From Mobula hypostoma (lineage: Eukaryota): a stretch of 64,000 bases of DNA. The stretch spans positions 8,186,001 to 8,250,000 of the forward strand of contig NC_086101.1 in assembly GCF_963921235.1 (NCBI RefSeq), written 5' to 3'. A model generated the notes under the pieces. It saw only the letters and a list, made by a program, of their open reading frames with translations. It searched no databases and had not been told where the DNA came from. This document shows positions 37,169-49,305 of this stretch, in pieces; position 1 is the first letter of the stretch; every line of letters starts with the position of its first letter. A program made the position numbers and the translations under genes.

Positions 37169-38897
37169 CTGAAAGACAGAAAGGGTCGTCCAGCGTCACA
37201 GGATGCCAGCACTAGCACCCTTGCCCACAGAAACCGCCCTCACCCCAAGGACCCCTCACCATTGACCCACCACAACCAGCCACCCACAGAATCCCACCAC
37301 CGTTCAACCCCATCCTCATCACTTCCTTCTCCCACTCCCTCCAGAATACCAGCCAGGCCACCACTCCCCTCTCCCCACCCTAGTTATTGGAGGGATGTGA
37401 GATTTGCAGAGGGAAGAGAGAAGAGGGTTCGTTGAGGGTATGACTGGAGGTAATCAGTGGGGAGGGAAGTCAGGAGAGGCTGTAGGTGGAACAGAGCAAT
37501 GTCACCACAAGGAAGAGAATTTTATAATCCAGTGCACGTTAACTAGCAGCCAGTGGCCAGTGTGGAGACAGATCTTGGCTCTCTGACATAATGAACTCCC
37601 ATCATCCAAAGCTCCTTCCTCTGCCTCCCACCGCGTCCCCTCTAGAGGAGGGAAGATCGGCCGGTCTGTTGTAATCTCATCAGCCCCTATTGTTCGTATT
37701 GACTCCTTCCTAATACAAGTCTGCACAAAGGGAGCATATCCTTAAGGTGATTGAAGGACAGTATAAGGGGGAACGTCATATGTTACACAAAGTGGTGGGT
37801 TTGTGGAACACCCTGCCGGGGCGGGTGGGGGGGGGGGGTTGGAAGCAGATACATTCCGGGCATTTAAGAAGCACTCAGATGGATGATAGAAAAATGGAGG
37901 CCTGTGCAGGAGGGAGGGGTTAGTTTGAACAGAGTAAGCACTGAAGTACAGTGACATGCATTGTTCGTAGCGAGGATTGTGCTGGGGGCAGCCTGCAAGT
38001 ATCACCGTGCTTCCGGTGCCAACGTAGCAAGCCCACAACTCACTCACCCTAACCCGTACAACTTTGGGGTGTGGGAGAAGACTGGAGCACCCAGAGGAAT
38101 CCCACGGAGAACGAACGAACGCCTCCCAGAGAGTGGTAGGAATTGAATCTCTAACCACTTTGCTGAAAGGGTTGGCACAGCAGTGTGGGCTGAAGGGCCT
38201 GTACTGTAGAAACTGGTTCTACGCTCAGCCTGAGTCCTCCCACTGCTGGCACTGCAGCAGATATCAGTGCTGAGCAGAGAACGGGAACTCCTGTATCCAG
38301 CATCGTCATCCCGGGTGATACCCAGCAGGGGTTAAACACGCCACACACTGCACCAACCAACGTCCTTCAGAAGGAGCCTGCCGGGGCGGGGGGTGGGGGG
38401 GAGAGGGGCTGCTGGAAGCAAATTACAAATAAAAAGTGAATGGTGCTTTGAAGTCCCAGACGGTTTATATGTGGTGTGGGTGGTTGTGGAACAGCAGCCA
38501 ATTCCTGGAGATTCCCAGGCACTCCCGAATGCTGAGCAAACTGGGGAGCCAAGAATTACACAGAGTTTGCTGCAAAGTTAGAGTCATGGAATCATTCAGC
38601 ACAGACACAGGCCTTTCAGCCTGACTCATCCATTCCGACCAATGTGTCCCATTTCCCCTGCAATTGGCCTACATATATTTAAATTTTCCTCTCTAAGTAC
38701 CTGCACATACGGCTTGTAAACATGGTACTTGTACCTAACTCAGCCACCTTCTCTGATAGTGCACTGCATGTACCCATCACTTATGATGATGAAAACTTGC
38801 CCCTTGGGTCCCCTTTAAAACATTCCCCTCTCTGCTTAAAATTACTTCCTCTGTCTTTCTGTCCCCCTACACTGCAAACATGACTGTGACCAAGACT

Positions 38898-39440
38898 TCA
38901 TATATATTCAGCGACCACTTTATTAGGTACGCCTGTACACTCACGCAAATATTTAATCAGCCAATCATGCGGCAGAAACTCAATGTGCAAAAGCATGCAG
39001 ACATGGTCAAGAGGTTCAGTTGTCCTTCCACGGTCAAAGTCACCATTTAGATCGCATTTCTTCCCCATCAGAATGGGGAAGAAATACAATCTAAGTGACT
39101 TTGACTGTGGAATGATTATTGGTGCCAGAGGGGGTGGTTTGATTATCTGAGGATCTGCTGATCTCTTGGTATTTTCACACACAGTCTCCAGAGTTTACAG
39201 AGGATGGTGCGACAAACAAAAGACATGCAGCGAGCAACATTTCTGTGGGTGAAAACACCTTGTTGATGAGAGAGGACAGAGGAGAATGGCCAGACTGGTT
39301 CAAGCTGACAGGAAGGCGACAAGTCAGACAGTTGAGCAGAAGAACATCTCTGAAAGTACAACACGTGAAGTAGATGGGTTGCAGCAACAGAAGACCACAA
39401 ACAGAAACTGAGTGGTCAGTTTACTAGGTACTCAGTATAC
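38898..39440 (+). mobile_element. Tc1/mariner-derived non-autonomous element with a transposase HTH remnant
   Basis: Terminal motif CAGCGACCACTTTATTAGGTAC and MGKK.xLSDFDxGMIIGAR...VSRVYR-like N-terminal paired/HTH remnant. Confidence 0.72.
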
Positions 39441-40881
39441 ACCTCTCATGATTTTATAAAGCTCTTTGCGGTCACCCCCTCAGTCTCAAATACTTCAGGG
39501 AAAACAGCCCAGGCCTGTCCACTCCCACTTCAAATGCCTGGTCCCAGCAAATTCCCTGTATTTTTTTGGGGGAGGCAGTGAGAGAAAATCAGAACATCTG
39601 GGTAAACTCACTGGGGATGGGGGCAGCCACACAGAGACTCACAAACTCCACGCAGACCGCACCAGAGGTCAGAATCCAACCAGGGTCGCTGGAGCAGTGA
39701 AGCTGCAGCTGTTCCAGCTTGATTAGGTGTAGGCCCAGAGGACACAACCTCAGAAGGGAGGTTTAGAAAGGAGATGAGGAGGATTTCTTTTCACCAGAGC
39801 ATACTGAATCAGTGGAGTTCATTGCCCCAGACAGATGGCATTGACCAATCAATCGTGGTGGTGTGGGGGTTTGGGGTGAACAGTCGGTACCACCACATAG
39901 AGATAAAACACCCACTTTCAGCGTAACTTTATAGAGAAGGCCAAGAGAAGGAGAGGGAAGCTGTGTTTATCCAGTGATCATCTTATCCAAACAATGACTG
40001 GGTCCCAAGTGCTTGGAAGAGCTGAGCATTTGGGGATTTATCAGGCTTTTAAAGTTCAGCAATCTCAAAACATCAAATTGACACTCCACATTTAACTCTT
40101 CAGAATCCTCTGTCATCTTGAAAGTCGTAGAACCATAGAGCACTACAACCCCAAAGCAGGCCATTCAGCCTATCAGGTCCATGCTCACCCAGTCTTCTAT
40201 CTTGTCCCATCTACCTGCAGCTGGACTATAGCCCTCCCTACCCCTCTCAACAGTGTTCTTTCCAAACTGGTAATAAATGTTATCTGAATCTGTATCTGCT
40301 CCTTCCGCTGGCACCTTGGTCCACACTTGCTCCACCTCTGAGTGAAGCTTCTTTGAATTAAACCTTCTGTTTCACCAGGAATTACAATTTGTGGGTGAGA
40401 TTGGAAAGAATAGCCTTGTCATGAACATCGAAACATTAAAACATGCAGTGAAATGGGGCCATTTGCGTCAATGACCAACACAGTCTGAGGATTGTGCTGG
40501 GGAACGCCCGTAGTGTCACCATGCTTCCGACACCAAAGTAGCATGCTCGCAACTTACTGAGCCTGACCCGGACACCTTTGGAATCTGGGAGGAAACCAGA
40601 GCACTCAGAGGACATCCACGCGGCCAAAGGGAGAACGTACGATCGATCTCCTTATGGACAGCAGCGGGAACGGAACCCGAATCGTTGGCACTGCGCAGTG
40701 TTACGCTAAATGCTACACTGTGCTAGAGCCTGAATTTTGATGCAGTGTTGATTCCTCCTGGGTTTTCTATTGGAATTCACATGACTTGCTAACAAATATT
40801 ATTTACAAAAACCCAGAAATAACCACAACTTGATAAATGAAAAGCTGAAAACCATTACCTCTACAGATAATATTATATTAT

Positions 40882-42300
40882 CTGTAGGGCTCCGGAGGGT
40901 TCCTGTACTGTGGAAAACGTCCTGCCTCGTGGCCTGTGCCGAAGACACCGCGCCCCAGCGGCCTCAATGACTACAGACCGGTGGCATTGACCTCCCACAT
41001 CATGAAGACCCTGGAGAGACTTGTTCTGGAGCTGCTCCGGCCTATGGTCAGGCCACACTTAGATCCCCTCCAGTTCGCCTACCAGCCCTGACTAGGAGTT
41101 GAGGATGCCATCGTCTACCTGCTGATCCGTGTCTACGCCCACCTGGACAAGCCAGCGAGCACTGTGAGGGTCATGTTTTTTGACTTCTCCAGTGCGTTCA
41201 ACACCATCCACCCTGCTCTGCTGGGGGAGAAGCTGACAGCGATGCAGGTGGATGCTTCCCTGGTATCAAGGATTCTTGATTACCTGACTGGCAGACCACA
41301 GTACGTGTGCTTGCAACACTGCGTGTCCGACAGAGTGATCAGCAGCACTGGGGCTCCACAGGGGACTGTCTTGTCTCCCTTTCTCTTCATCATTTACACC
41401 TCGGACTTCAACTACTGCACAGAGTCTTGTCATCTTCAGAAGTTTTCGGATGACTCTGTCATAGTTGGATGCAACAGCAAGGGAGATGAGGTTGAGTACA
41501 GGGCTACTGTAGGAAACTTTGTCACATGGTGTGAGCAGAATTATCTGCAGCTTAATGTGAAAAAGGCTGCAGAGCTGGTGGTAGACCTGAGGAGAGCTAA
41601 GGTAACGGTGACCCCTGTTTCCATCTAGGGGGTCAGTGTGGACATGGTGGAAGATTACAAATACCTGGGGATACGAATTGACAAAATGACTGGTCAAAGA
41701 ACACTGAGGCTGTCTACAAGAAGGGTCAGAGCCGTCTCTACTTCCTGAGGAGACTGAGGTCCTTTAACATCTGCCGGACGATGCTGAGGATGTTCTACGA
41801 GTCTGTGGTGGCCAGGGTGATCATGTTTGCTGTTTTGTGCTGGCGCAGCAGGCTGAGGGTAGCAGACACCAACAGAATCAACAAACTCATTCGTAAGGCC
41901 AGTGATGTTGTGGGGATGGAACTGGACTCTCTGACGGTGGTGTCTGAAAAGAGGATGCTGTCCAAGTTGCATGCCATCTTGGACAATGTCTCCCATCCAC
42001 TACATAATGTACTGGTTGGGCACAGGAGTACATTCAGCCAGAGACTCATTCCACCGAGATGCAGCACAGAGCGTCATAGGAAGTCATTCCTGCCTGTGGC
42101 CATCAAACTTTACAACTCCTCCCTTGGAGGGTCAGACACCCTGAGCCTATAGGCTGGTCCTGGACTTATTTCATAATTTACTGGCATAATTTACATATTA
42201 CTATTTAATTATTTATGGTTCTATGACTATTTATGATTTATGGTGCAACTGTAATGAAAACCAATTTCCCCCTGGGATCAATAAAGTATGACTATGACTA
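40882..42300 (+). mobile_element. Rex1-type LINE (second family) with (GACTAT)n tail
   Basis: RT motifs [14 protein letters not shown] and KFSDDS. TSD TATATTAT at 40874-40881 and 42301-42308. Confidence 0.88.
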
Positions 42301-42524
42301 TATATTATGAGGCTACCAAATGGGCAAATTAGTTCATATTCAGAGCAGTGAGATATGGGGAGTCCATACACAGTCAATTAAATTATACAGTTCCTAATCC
42401 AATCCCAGTGGGAACTAGAAGGGCTGGAGGCTCCTGTAAATCAGTTCTCAATCCATTACAATAACACACACAGTTTGCATTGATAGGAAGATGCAAATAT
42501 CTTAGGCATACATATGCACACACT

Positions 42525-42555
<31 letters not shown>

Positions 42556-43074
42556 GTATGTATCTGTGTACGTATGTGTATATACATATATATATGCATT
42601 TGTAAATCTGGCAGGAGCAAAGGATGTCGGGAATGGCGAGAGTGGAGCACTGTGGGAGGAGCGTGGGACAGGTGGCAGAGAAGGAGTACCAGGGGTGGGG
42701 GATGGCACGGGTGAAGACTCACCCAGCCCTGAGACACCAGGCAAGTCCATTTGATTCCAAGCAATTAGCTTACTGATCATTACAGAACGTCTCTCTGGTA
42801 CTTCCCATTCCCTCCCCTCTCTCTTCCCCTTTTTCCAACCATAATTCCTCTATCCATGCCCCCTTCCCACACTCAGTCCACAATAGAGGCCCGTATCAGA
42901 ATCAGGTTTATTGTCACTCACATAGGTCATGAAATTAGTATTTTTTGCTGCAGCAGCAGTACAGTGCAATACATAAAGTTAATACACTGCTGTGTAAAAG
43001 TCTTAGGCACCCCAGCTTAGACTTTTGCACAGTGCTGTATATAGGGTTACACTACTTATATTACCTGGATAAAA

Positions 43075-44260
43075 TGGGAAGTGATAATTTTGGAAAGTTG
43101 AATATGAAGGCGGAAAACAGAGTTAATGGTACAATTCTTGGCGGTGTAGAGCAACAGAGGGATCTTGGGGTTCACATCCATAGACCCTTCAAAGTTGCTG
43201 CAGACGTTGATAGGGTTGTTAAGAATGTATACGGTGTGTTAGCCCTCAGTAGTCAGGGCACTGAGTTCAAGAGCCGTGAAGTAATGTTGCAGCCCTAAAA
43301 GACTCTGGTTAGACCACGGTTGGAATATTGCATTCAGTTCTGGTTGCTTCTTCAGAGCAAGGATGTGGAAGCTTTACAGAGGGTGCAGAGGAGGTGCTGC
43401 CTGGATTAGGGTGCATATCTTACGCAAGGCTGAGCAAGTAGGAGCAAAGCAGGATGAGAGATAGCTTGATGGAGCAGTACAAGATGATAAGAAGCATGCA
43501 GTAGATAAAGTGGACAGCCAGGGACTTTTCCCCAGGGTGGAAATGGATAATACCAGGGGAATTGCAGCGCAGGTTCTCTAGGTTAATTCCTAGGATGTCC
43601 GGACTGTCTTACGCAGAGAGATTAGAGAGACTGGACTTATACACGCTGGAATTAAGGAGATTGAGGGGGGATCTGATTGAGACATATAAGATTATTAAGG
43701 GATTGGACAAGATAGAGGCAGGAAATATGTTCCAGATGCTGGTAGAGTCCAGTACCAGAGGGCATGGGTTAAGAATAAGGGGTAGGTCATTTAGGACAGA
43801 GTTGAGGAGGAACTTCTTCTCCCAGAGAGTTGTGGAGGTGTGGAACGCACTGCCTCAGAAGGCAGTGGAGGCCAGTTCTCTGGATGCTTTCAAGAAGGAG
43901 CTAGATAGGTATCTTATGGATAGGGGAATCAAGGGTTATGGGGACAAGGCAGGAACCGGGTATTGATAGTAGATGATCAGCCATGATCTCAGAATGGCGG
44001 TGCAGGCTCGAAGGGCCGAATGGTCTACTTCTGCACCTATTGTCTATTGTCTATTGAATCATTTTAACATGATTGTGTGGAGGATGCCTGTGTTCCTTCC
44101 ACAGAGAGTGGTAGAGGCAATTTCACTAGGGGCATTTCAGAATCTCTCAGCACATGGATGATAGAAAAATGGAGGGCTATGCAGGAGGGAAGGGTTAAAA
44201 TACCTGCACAACATCATGGGTTGAGGGGCCTGTTCTGTGCTGTGATGTCCTCTGTTCATA
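43075..44260 (+). mobile_element. Old CR1 with a younger CR1 (43562-44054, ATTGTCT tail) nested in it
   Basis: ORFs 42945-43298 and 43562-43966. Confidence 0.85.
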
Positions 44261-44922
44261 GACAAGTTGGCAGATGACCAAACCTTTCACTCCCACTGGC
44301 TCTGAGTGCTCAAAACTCCATCACCAGTGGCACCATGGAAGTCCTTTCACCAAGAAGGTCAAAACTCGAGATCAGTGTCCTCCGTACAACAAGTGCAGGT
44401 CTGCACAGGTGCAGCAAAAACTCATTTGCAGCAGCCTTACATACTGTGGCTGTGGGGAAGATTTGAAATAACTTCGGTGGGTTTCGTATGTTGTGTGCGA
44501 TGGAGGATAGACAGGGTGGGAAGACAGGACTCAGGGAACAGCCTTGGGATAGGAAATCGGAGATGAGGGATAGTTTTCGTTGGAGTCATTTGGTACTAAA
44601 AAAGGCCCGATGCCAGAATGGCGCAGTAGGTAACAGATAGCCGGGCAAAAGAGGGAACTATGCCAGTGTGGTACAGTAGGTAATGGATAGCCTAACAGCG
44701 GCAACTCAGATTCAATTTCCGCCACTATCTGTACTTTCTTCCCCGTGACCACGTGGATTTCCTCCGGGTACTCTGGTTTCCTCCCACATTCCAAAGATGT
44801 ACAGGTTAGGGTTAGTGAGTTGTGGGCGTGTTATGTTGGTGCCAGAAGCGTGGTGACACTTGTGGGCAACGCCCAGCACAAGCTCAGACCCTGCATTTCA
44901 CTGGGTGTTTTGATATGCACTC

Positions 44923-45180
44923 TCTGACGGCGGTGTCCGAAAAGAGGATGCTGTCCAAGTTCAGGAAGTCATTCCTGCCTGTGGTCAGCAAACTTTACAA
45001 CTCCTCCCTTGGAGGGTCAGACACCCTGAGCCAATAGGCTGGTCCTGGACTTATTTCCTGGCATAATTTACATATTACTACTTAATTATTTATGGTTTTA
45101 TTACTATTTAATTATTTATGGTGCAACTGTAACGAAAACCAATTTCCCTCGGGATCAATAAAGTATGACTATGACTATGA
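44923..45180 (+). mobile_element. Short, internally deleted 3' fragment of the (GACTAT)n Rex1 family, inserted in a V-SINE
   Basis: Matches 41928-42300 with a deletion. Confidence 0.85.
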
Positions 45181-45450
45181 CACGTGAAAAATAAAGTTAA
45201 TCTTTATAATTCATTAAGTTTGTGTTGTCATGTTTGCAGAAGCTGTTAAAGTTGATCTTACAGGTGGCATTGATGTTGTATGAGTGTGAGATCTTGAACT
45301 CGCCTATGACAATAAAGTTGAGCTTAAACCGTGAAGAATGGGAATGTTTAGTATTTAGGAGGAGGCTGAAGGATGACTGAGGAGAGCAGTGAGTGTGGGG
45401 CCGAATGGCCGATGTCCCCTGAACCACCCCCTTCCCTCACCTCACCTCAC

Positions 45451-46008
45451 CTTACGAGATCCGGTGAAGAGGGAGCGCAGGTGTTCCTTGGCCGCGGCCA
45501 CTCGGCCCAACGCTCGCTCCTTGCGCAGTGTCTTCGGGGAAGGGAGACTCCAGCCGCTCTCCGCCTTCTGCTTGCTGCCAAGCTGGTGTCCGGAGGCGAA
45601 CGGCCGGCTCTCGCCGCCGGCCCGGGACAGGTTGCCGTCGCTGTAAGTCCGCCGCATGCTGGGCTCGGCTACGCCCAGGCGGCAGGGCGGGCCCAGGCTC
45701 TCGCAGCTCCGCTCGACGTCTGACTCCTCCGGGCTGGCTGCCGCCAGCTGGTGCAAGGTGTCCACGCTGAGGCTGTAGTCCCGCTGGATGCGCACCTCAG
45801 GAATCACCACCGGCCGCTCCGGACCCACTCGGGTCGCCGTCCCGGCCCCGGACCCAGTCCCTGCCTCGGCGGCCCCCGCCACTGCAGACCCGGCCGATGG
45901 GTGCTTGCGCCACCGCAGCAGCTGCCGGGGCCATGGCGAGGTCTGGCAGTCGAGCAGGCAACCCTCGGAGCCCACCTTCCGCAGGGCTCCCCCCTCACCC
46001 TTCAGCAT
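45451..46008 (-). CDS. RGS3: RGS3-like, large N-terminal-region exon (558 nt, phase 0/0, starts with ATG directly after the acceptor)
   Basis: Acceptor ...ctttccatcccgcacag|ATG and donor AAG|gtgagg. Translation contains VVIPEVRI, RRTYSDG, WSLPSPKTLRKE and HLRSLFTGSRK, resembling recalled human RGS3 motifs VIPEVRL, RRTHSEG, WGMPSPSTLKKE and HLSLFFTGHRK. The symbol is a family-level call; it may be a paralogue. Confidence 0.88.
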
Positions 46009-46869
46009 CTGTGCGGGATGGAAAGAGAGAGAGTTAGCCCGGGGACAGCGGGAGGGTGGGGTGGCGTGGATCAGGTGGGAGTGAGAGGATGGGGGGAACA
46101 AGAGAATAGGTGTGGTGTGGAGTGTGGTTGTGAGGGAGAGGAGGGGCGGGGAGGTGAGGGGGGGAAGGGGTCTGACAACAAGAAGGACTGAAGGAGAGGG
46201 GGAGATGGAGAAGGGGTGAGGGCAGAAGAAGAGGGGCGCATGGAGAGGAGAGGGTGGGTTTGAAGGGGGACAGAAGGAGAGAAGCGTGATGAGAAGAACG
46301 GGGGACGGGAGTGGAAGGGGATGGGGAAGCCGAAGAAGGTGGAGAGGGGTTGGTTGTACAAGGGGTGGGAGAGGTAGGGTGGGCAGTGAGATAGAAGGGA
46401 GTGAAAGGGAGAGTGGGGAGTGGGGGAGAGGAAGAGAGGGAGTGGGGATTGTGGGAGAAGGTGGTGAAAGGGGGAGAGGGAGGTGGGATGGGGAGAAGGT
46501 GAGAGTGGAGGGAGGGTTAATGGTTGGAGTAGGATTGAGAGGGAAGGGATAGTGGGGAGAGGGGTTACTGAGGGAGAATGTCGAAGGGTGGGAGGCGAGG
46601 ATTGACGGAAGGTGGAGGGGTAGTCAAGGATGGGAGGGGGTACTGGGAATGGAAGGTGCAGGGAGGTCAGGTGGAAGAGGGAGGGGACAGAGGAGAAAGG
46701 GGACAAGGCAGAATGTAAGTGAGTGATGGGGGGAAAGAGAGGCAAGGCTGGAAACAAAGAATATTTAAAGGGAGGGAGATGCTTCATTCCCGATTGAAGC
46801 GATTTGAATCAATTCAGACATTTTCTGAGTCTGTGCCCCTTGTGGGGAAAGAATATACACAGCAGGATC

Positions 46870-47400
46870 ACCATAGCTGATTCATTTTTCCTCTCAGCCC
46901 CAATCTCCTCCCTTCTTCCCATATCTCTTCATACCTTGATGAATCAAGAATATATCAACCTCTGGCTTAACTATACATAAAGACTTGGCCTCCACAGCTG
47001 CGTGTGGCAATGAATTCCGCAGATTCAGTGCTCCCTGACTAAAATTCTTCCTCATCTCCTTTCTAATATGACACCTCTCTATTCTGAGGCTGTATCCTCT
47101 GGTCCTAGACTCTCACACCATGGTAGACAGCCTCTCCATATCCACGCTATCAAGGCCTTTTGCCGTTCAATAGGTTCCATTAGGTCACCCCTCATTCTTC
47201 TGAATTCCAGTGAATACAGGCCCAGAGCCATCAAACGTTTTTCATATGACAAGCTGTTCAGTCCTAAAATAATTTTGTGAACCTCCTTTGAACCCTCTCA
47301 GTGTCAACACATATTTTCTAAGATAGGGGCCCCAAAACTGCTCACAATACTCCAAGTGAGGCCTCACCAGTGCTTTATCAAGTCTCAACATTAAATCCTT
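46870..47400 (-). mobile_element. CR1 3' fragment
   Basis: LVRPHLEYCEQFW motif. Confidence 0.8.
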
Positions 47401-48894
47401 GCTTTTCTTCTCACTACAAACATCAGGCAGAAGGTACCACACCACCAGGTTCAGGCGCAAGTATTACCTTTCAACCACCAGCATGAAGAACTTCACCCAT
47501 CTCAACTCTGAACCAAATAGCACAGACTCACTGTCAGGGACTCTTTACAACTCGGGTTCTCAGTACTTTTTCATTTGCGCGGTTTGTCTTCTTTCGCGCA
47601 TTGGCTGTCAGTCTTTCTGTGTATCAGAATCAGAATCAGGTTTATTGTCACCGGCGTGTGACGTGAAATTTGTTAACTTAGCAGCAGCAGTTCAGTGCAA
47701 TACATAATCTAGCAGAGAGAGAAAAAAATGATAATAAATAAAATAAAATAATAAATAAACAAGTAAATCAATTACGTATATTGAATAGATTTTTAAAAAG
47801 TGCAAAAACAGAAATACTGTATGTTATAAAAAGTGAGCTAGTGTCCAAAGCTTCAACGTCCATTCAGGGATCAGATGGCAGAGGGAAAGAAGCTGTTCTT
47901 CAATCGCTGAGTAGAGTATATAGTTTGTCGTAAATTCCATTGTGTTTCTTCTTCAGGCCATACGACCACAAGACATAGGAGCAGAATTAGGCCATTTGGT
48001 CCATTGAGTATGCTTTATTATTCCACCATGGTTGGTTTATAATCCACCTCAACCTCATTCTCCTGCCTTCTCCTCGTAACCTTTCACGCCCTGACTAATC
48101 AAGAACCTATCAGCCTCTGCTTTAAATATTTTTACTTGTCCATCATTGAAATGTTTCCACAACCAATGAACTCACTTTCAATGACTCCTCATCTCAGGTT
48201 CTCAATATTTATTGCTTGTTTATTTATTTATATTATTTCTTTCTTATGGTATTTGCACAGATTGTTGTCTTCTGCACACTGGCTGAATGCCCAAGATGGG
48301 CGGTCTTTCATTGATGGTTATTATTCTATAGATTTATTGAGTATGCCCATATACAATCTCAGGATTGTATATGCTGACATATATGTACTTTGATAATAAA
48401 TTTACTTTGGACTTTGAAATATATCTGATGACTTGGTCTCCACAACCATCTGTGATTTTCCTGTAAATGCTTGGAAATGAATCTCAAAGTTGTACAGTAT
48501 TTAGGATCAAAGACATCTGTAATAAATGCACTTTGAACTCTCCTCCAAAATAGTGGCCCCGAAGATACTTTTGCAACTGGAAGGTACAGAGTAAGCTTCT
48601 TGTGAAAGGCAGCACCTTTCCAACAGCCAGTCGAGTCCTGTCGATAGTCTTGATGGACAGCTAGAACTCGATTTGGCCTTTGCTATTTTTAGCGGAGATA
48701 TTATCTTGGCTCCTCTTGTTACTGAATCCTGTCTGTTTCGTATCTTCTGCCACTTGGTTTGTTACTTCATTCTCTAATTGACAGACCACTTCCTGTTTCC
48801 CAGGGGATCGCCCTGTAACGAAAGATTTTCTCCCTGTAACCCAGGAGCTCACTGCATTCTGGAATCTCCCCAGATCTCAGGATTGTGCTAACTT

Positions 48895-49305
48895 GCAGGA
48901 TCACACTCAGGTTGGAGGAGCAACACCTCATATTCTGTCTGGTAGCCTCCAACCTGGTGGCATGAATATTGACTTCTCCTCCATCTCCCTTCAGTGTTTT
49001 TACATTCCCCATCTCTGGCTCCTCTCTTACCCCTTCTGATTTCTTCACCTGCCCTCTGCTTCCCCTCCTTCTTCCCTTTCTTCCATGGCCCACTGATTTC
49101 TCCAATCAGATTCCTTCCTCTTTAATCCTCTGCCGCTTTCACCAATCGACTCCCAGCTTCATCCCTTCTCCCCCACCTATCCACCTCCCTCCTCACCGGA
49201 TCTCATCTATCACCGGCCAGCTTGTACTACTCCCCAAGCCCCACCTTCTTATTCTGGATTCTTCCCCCTTCCTTTCCAGTCTTAATGAAGAGTCTTGGCC
49301 GAATA
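48895..49305 (+). mobile_element. Decayed Penelope fragment (GIY-YIG C-terminus plus 3' region)
   Basis: LRLEEQHLIF...GMNIDFS-like coding remnant homologous to 8334-8420. Confidence 0.75.

Noticed and set aside
19250..46008. Apparent absence of sense-strand intact hammerheads inside the gene as a sign of selection
   Set aside because: Too few copies in the window to support a bias.
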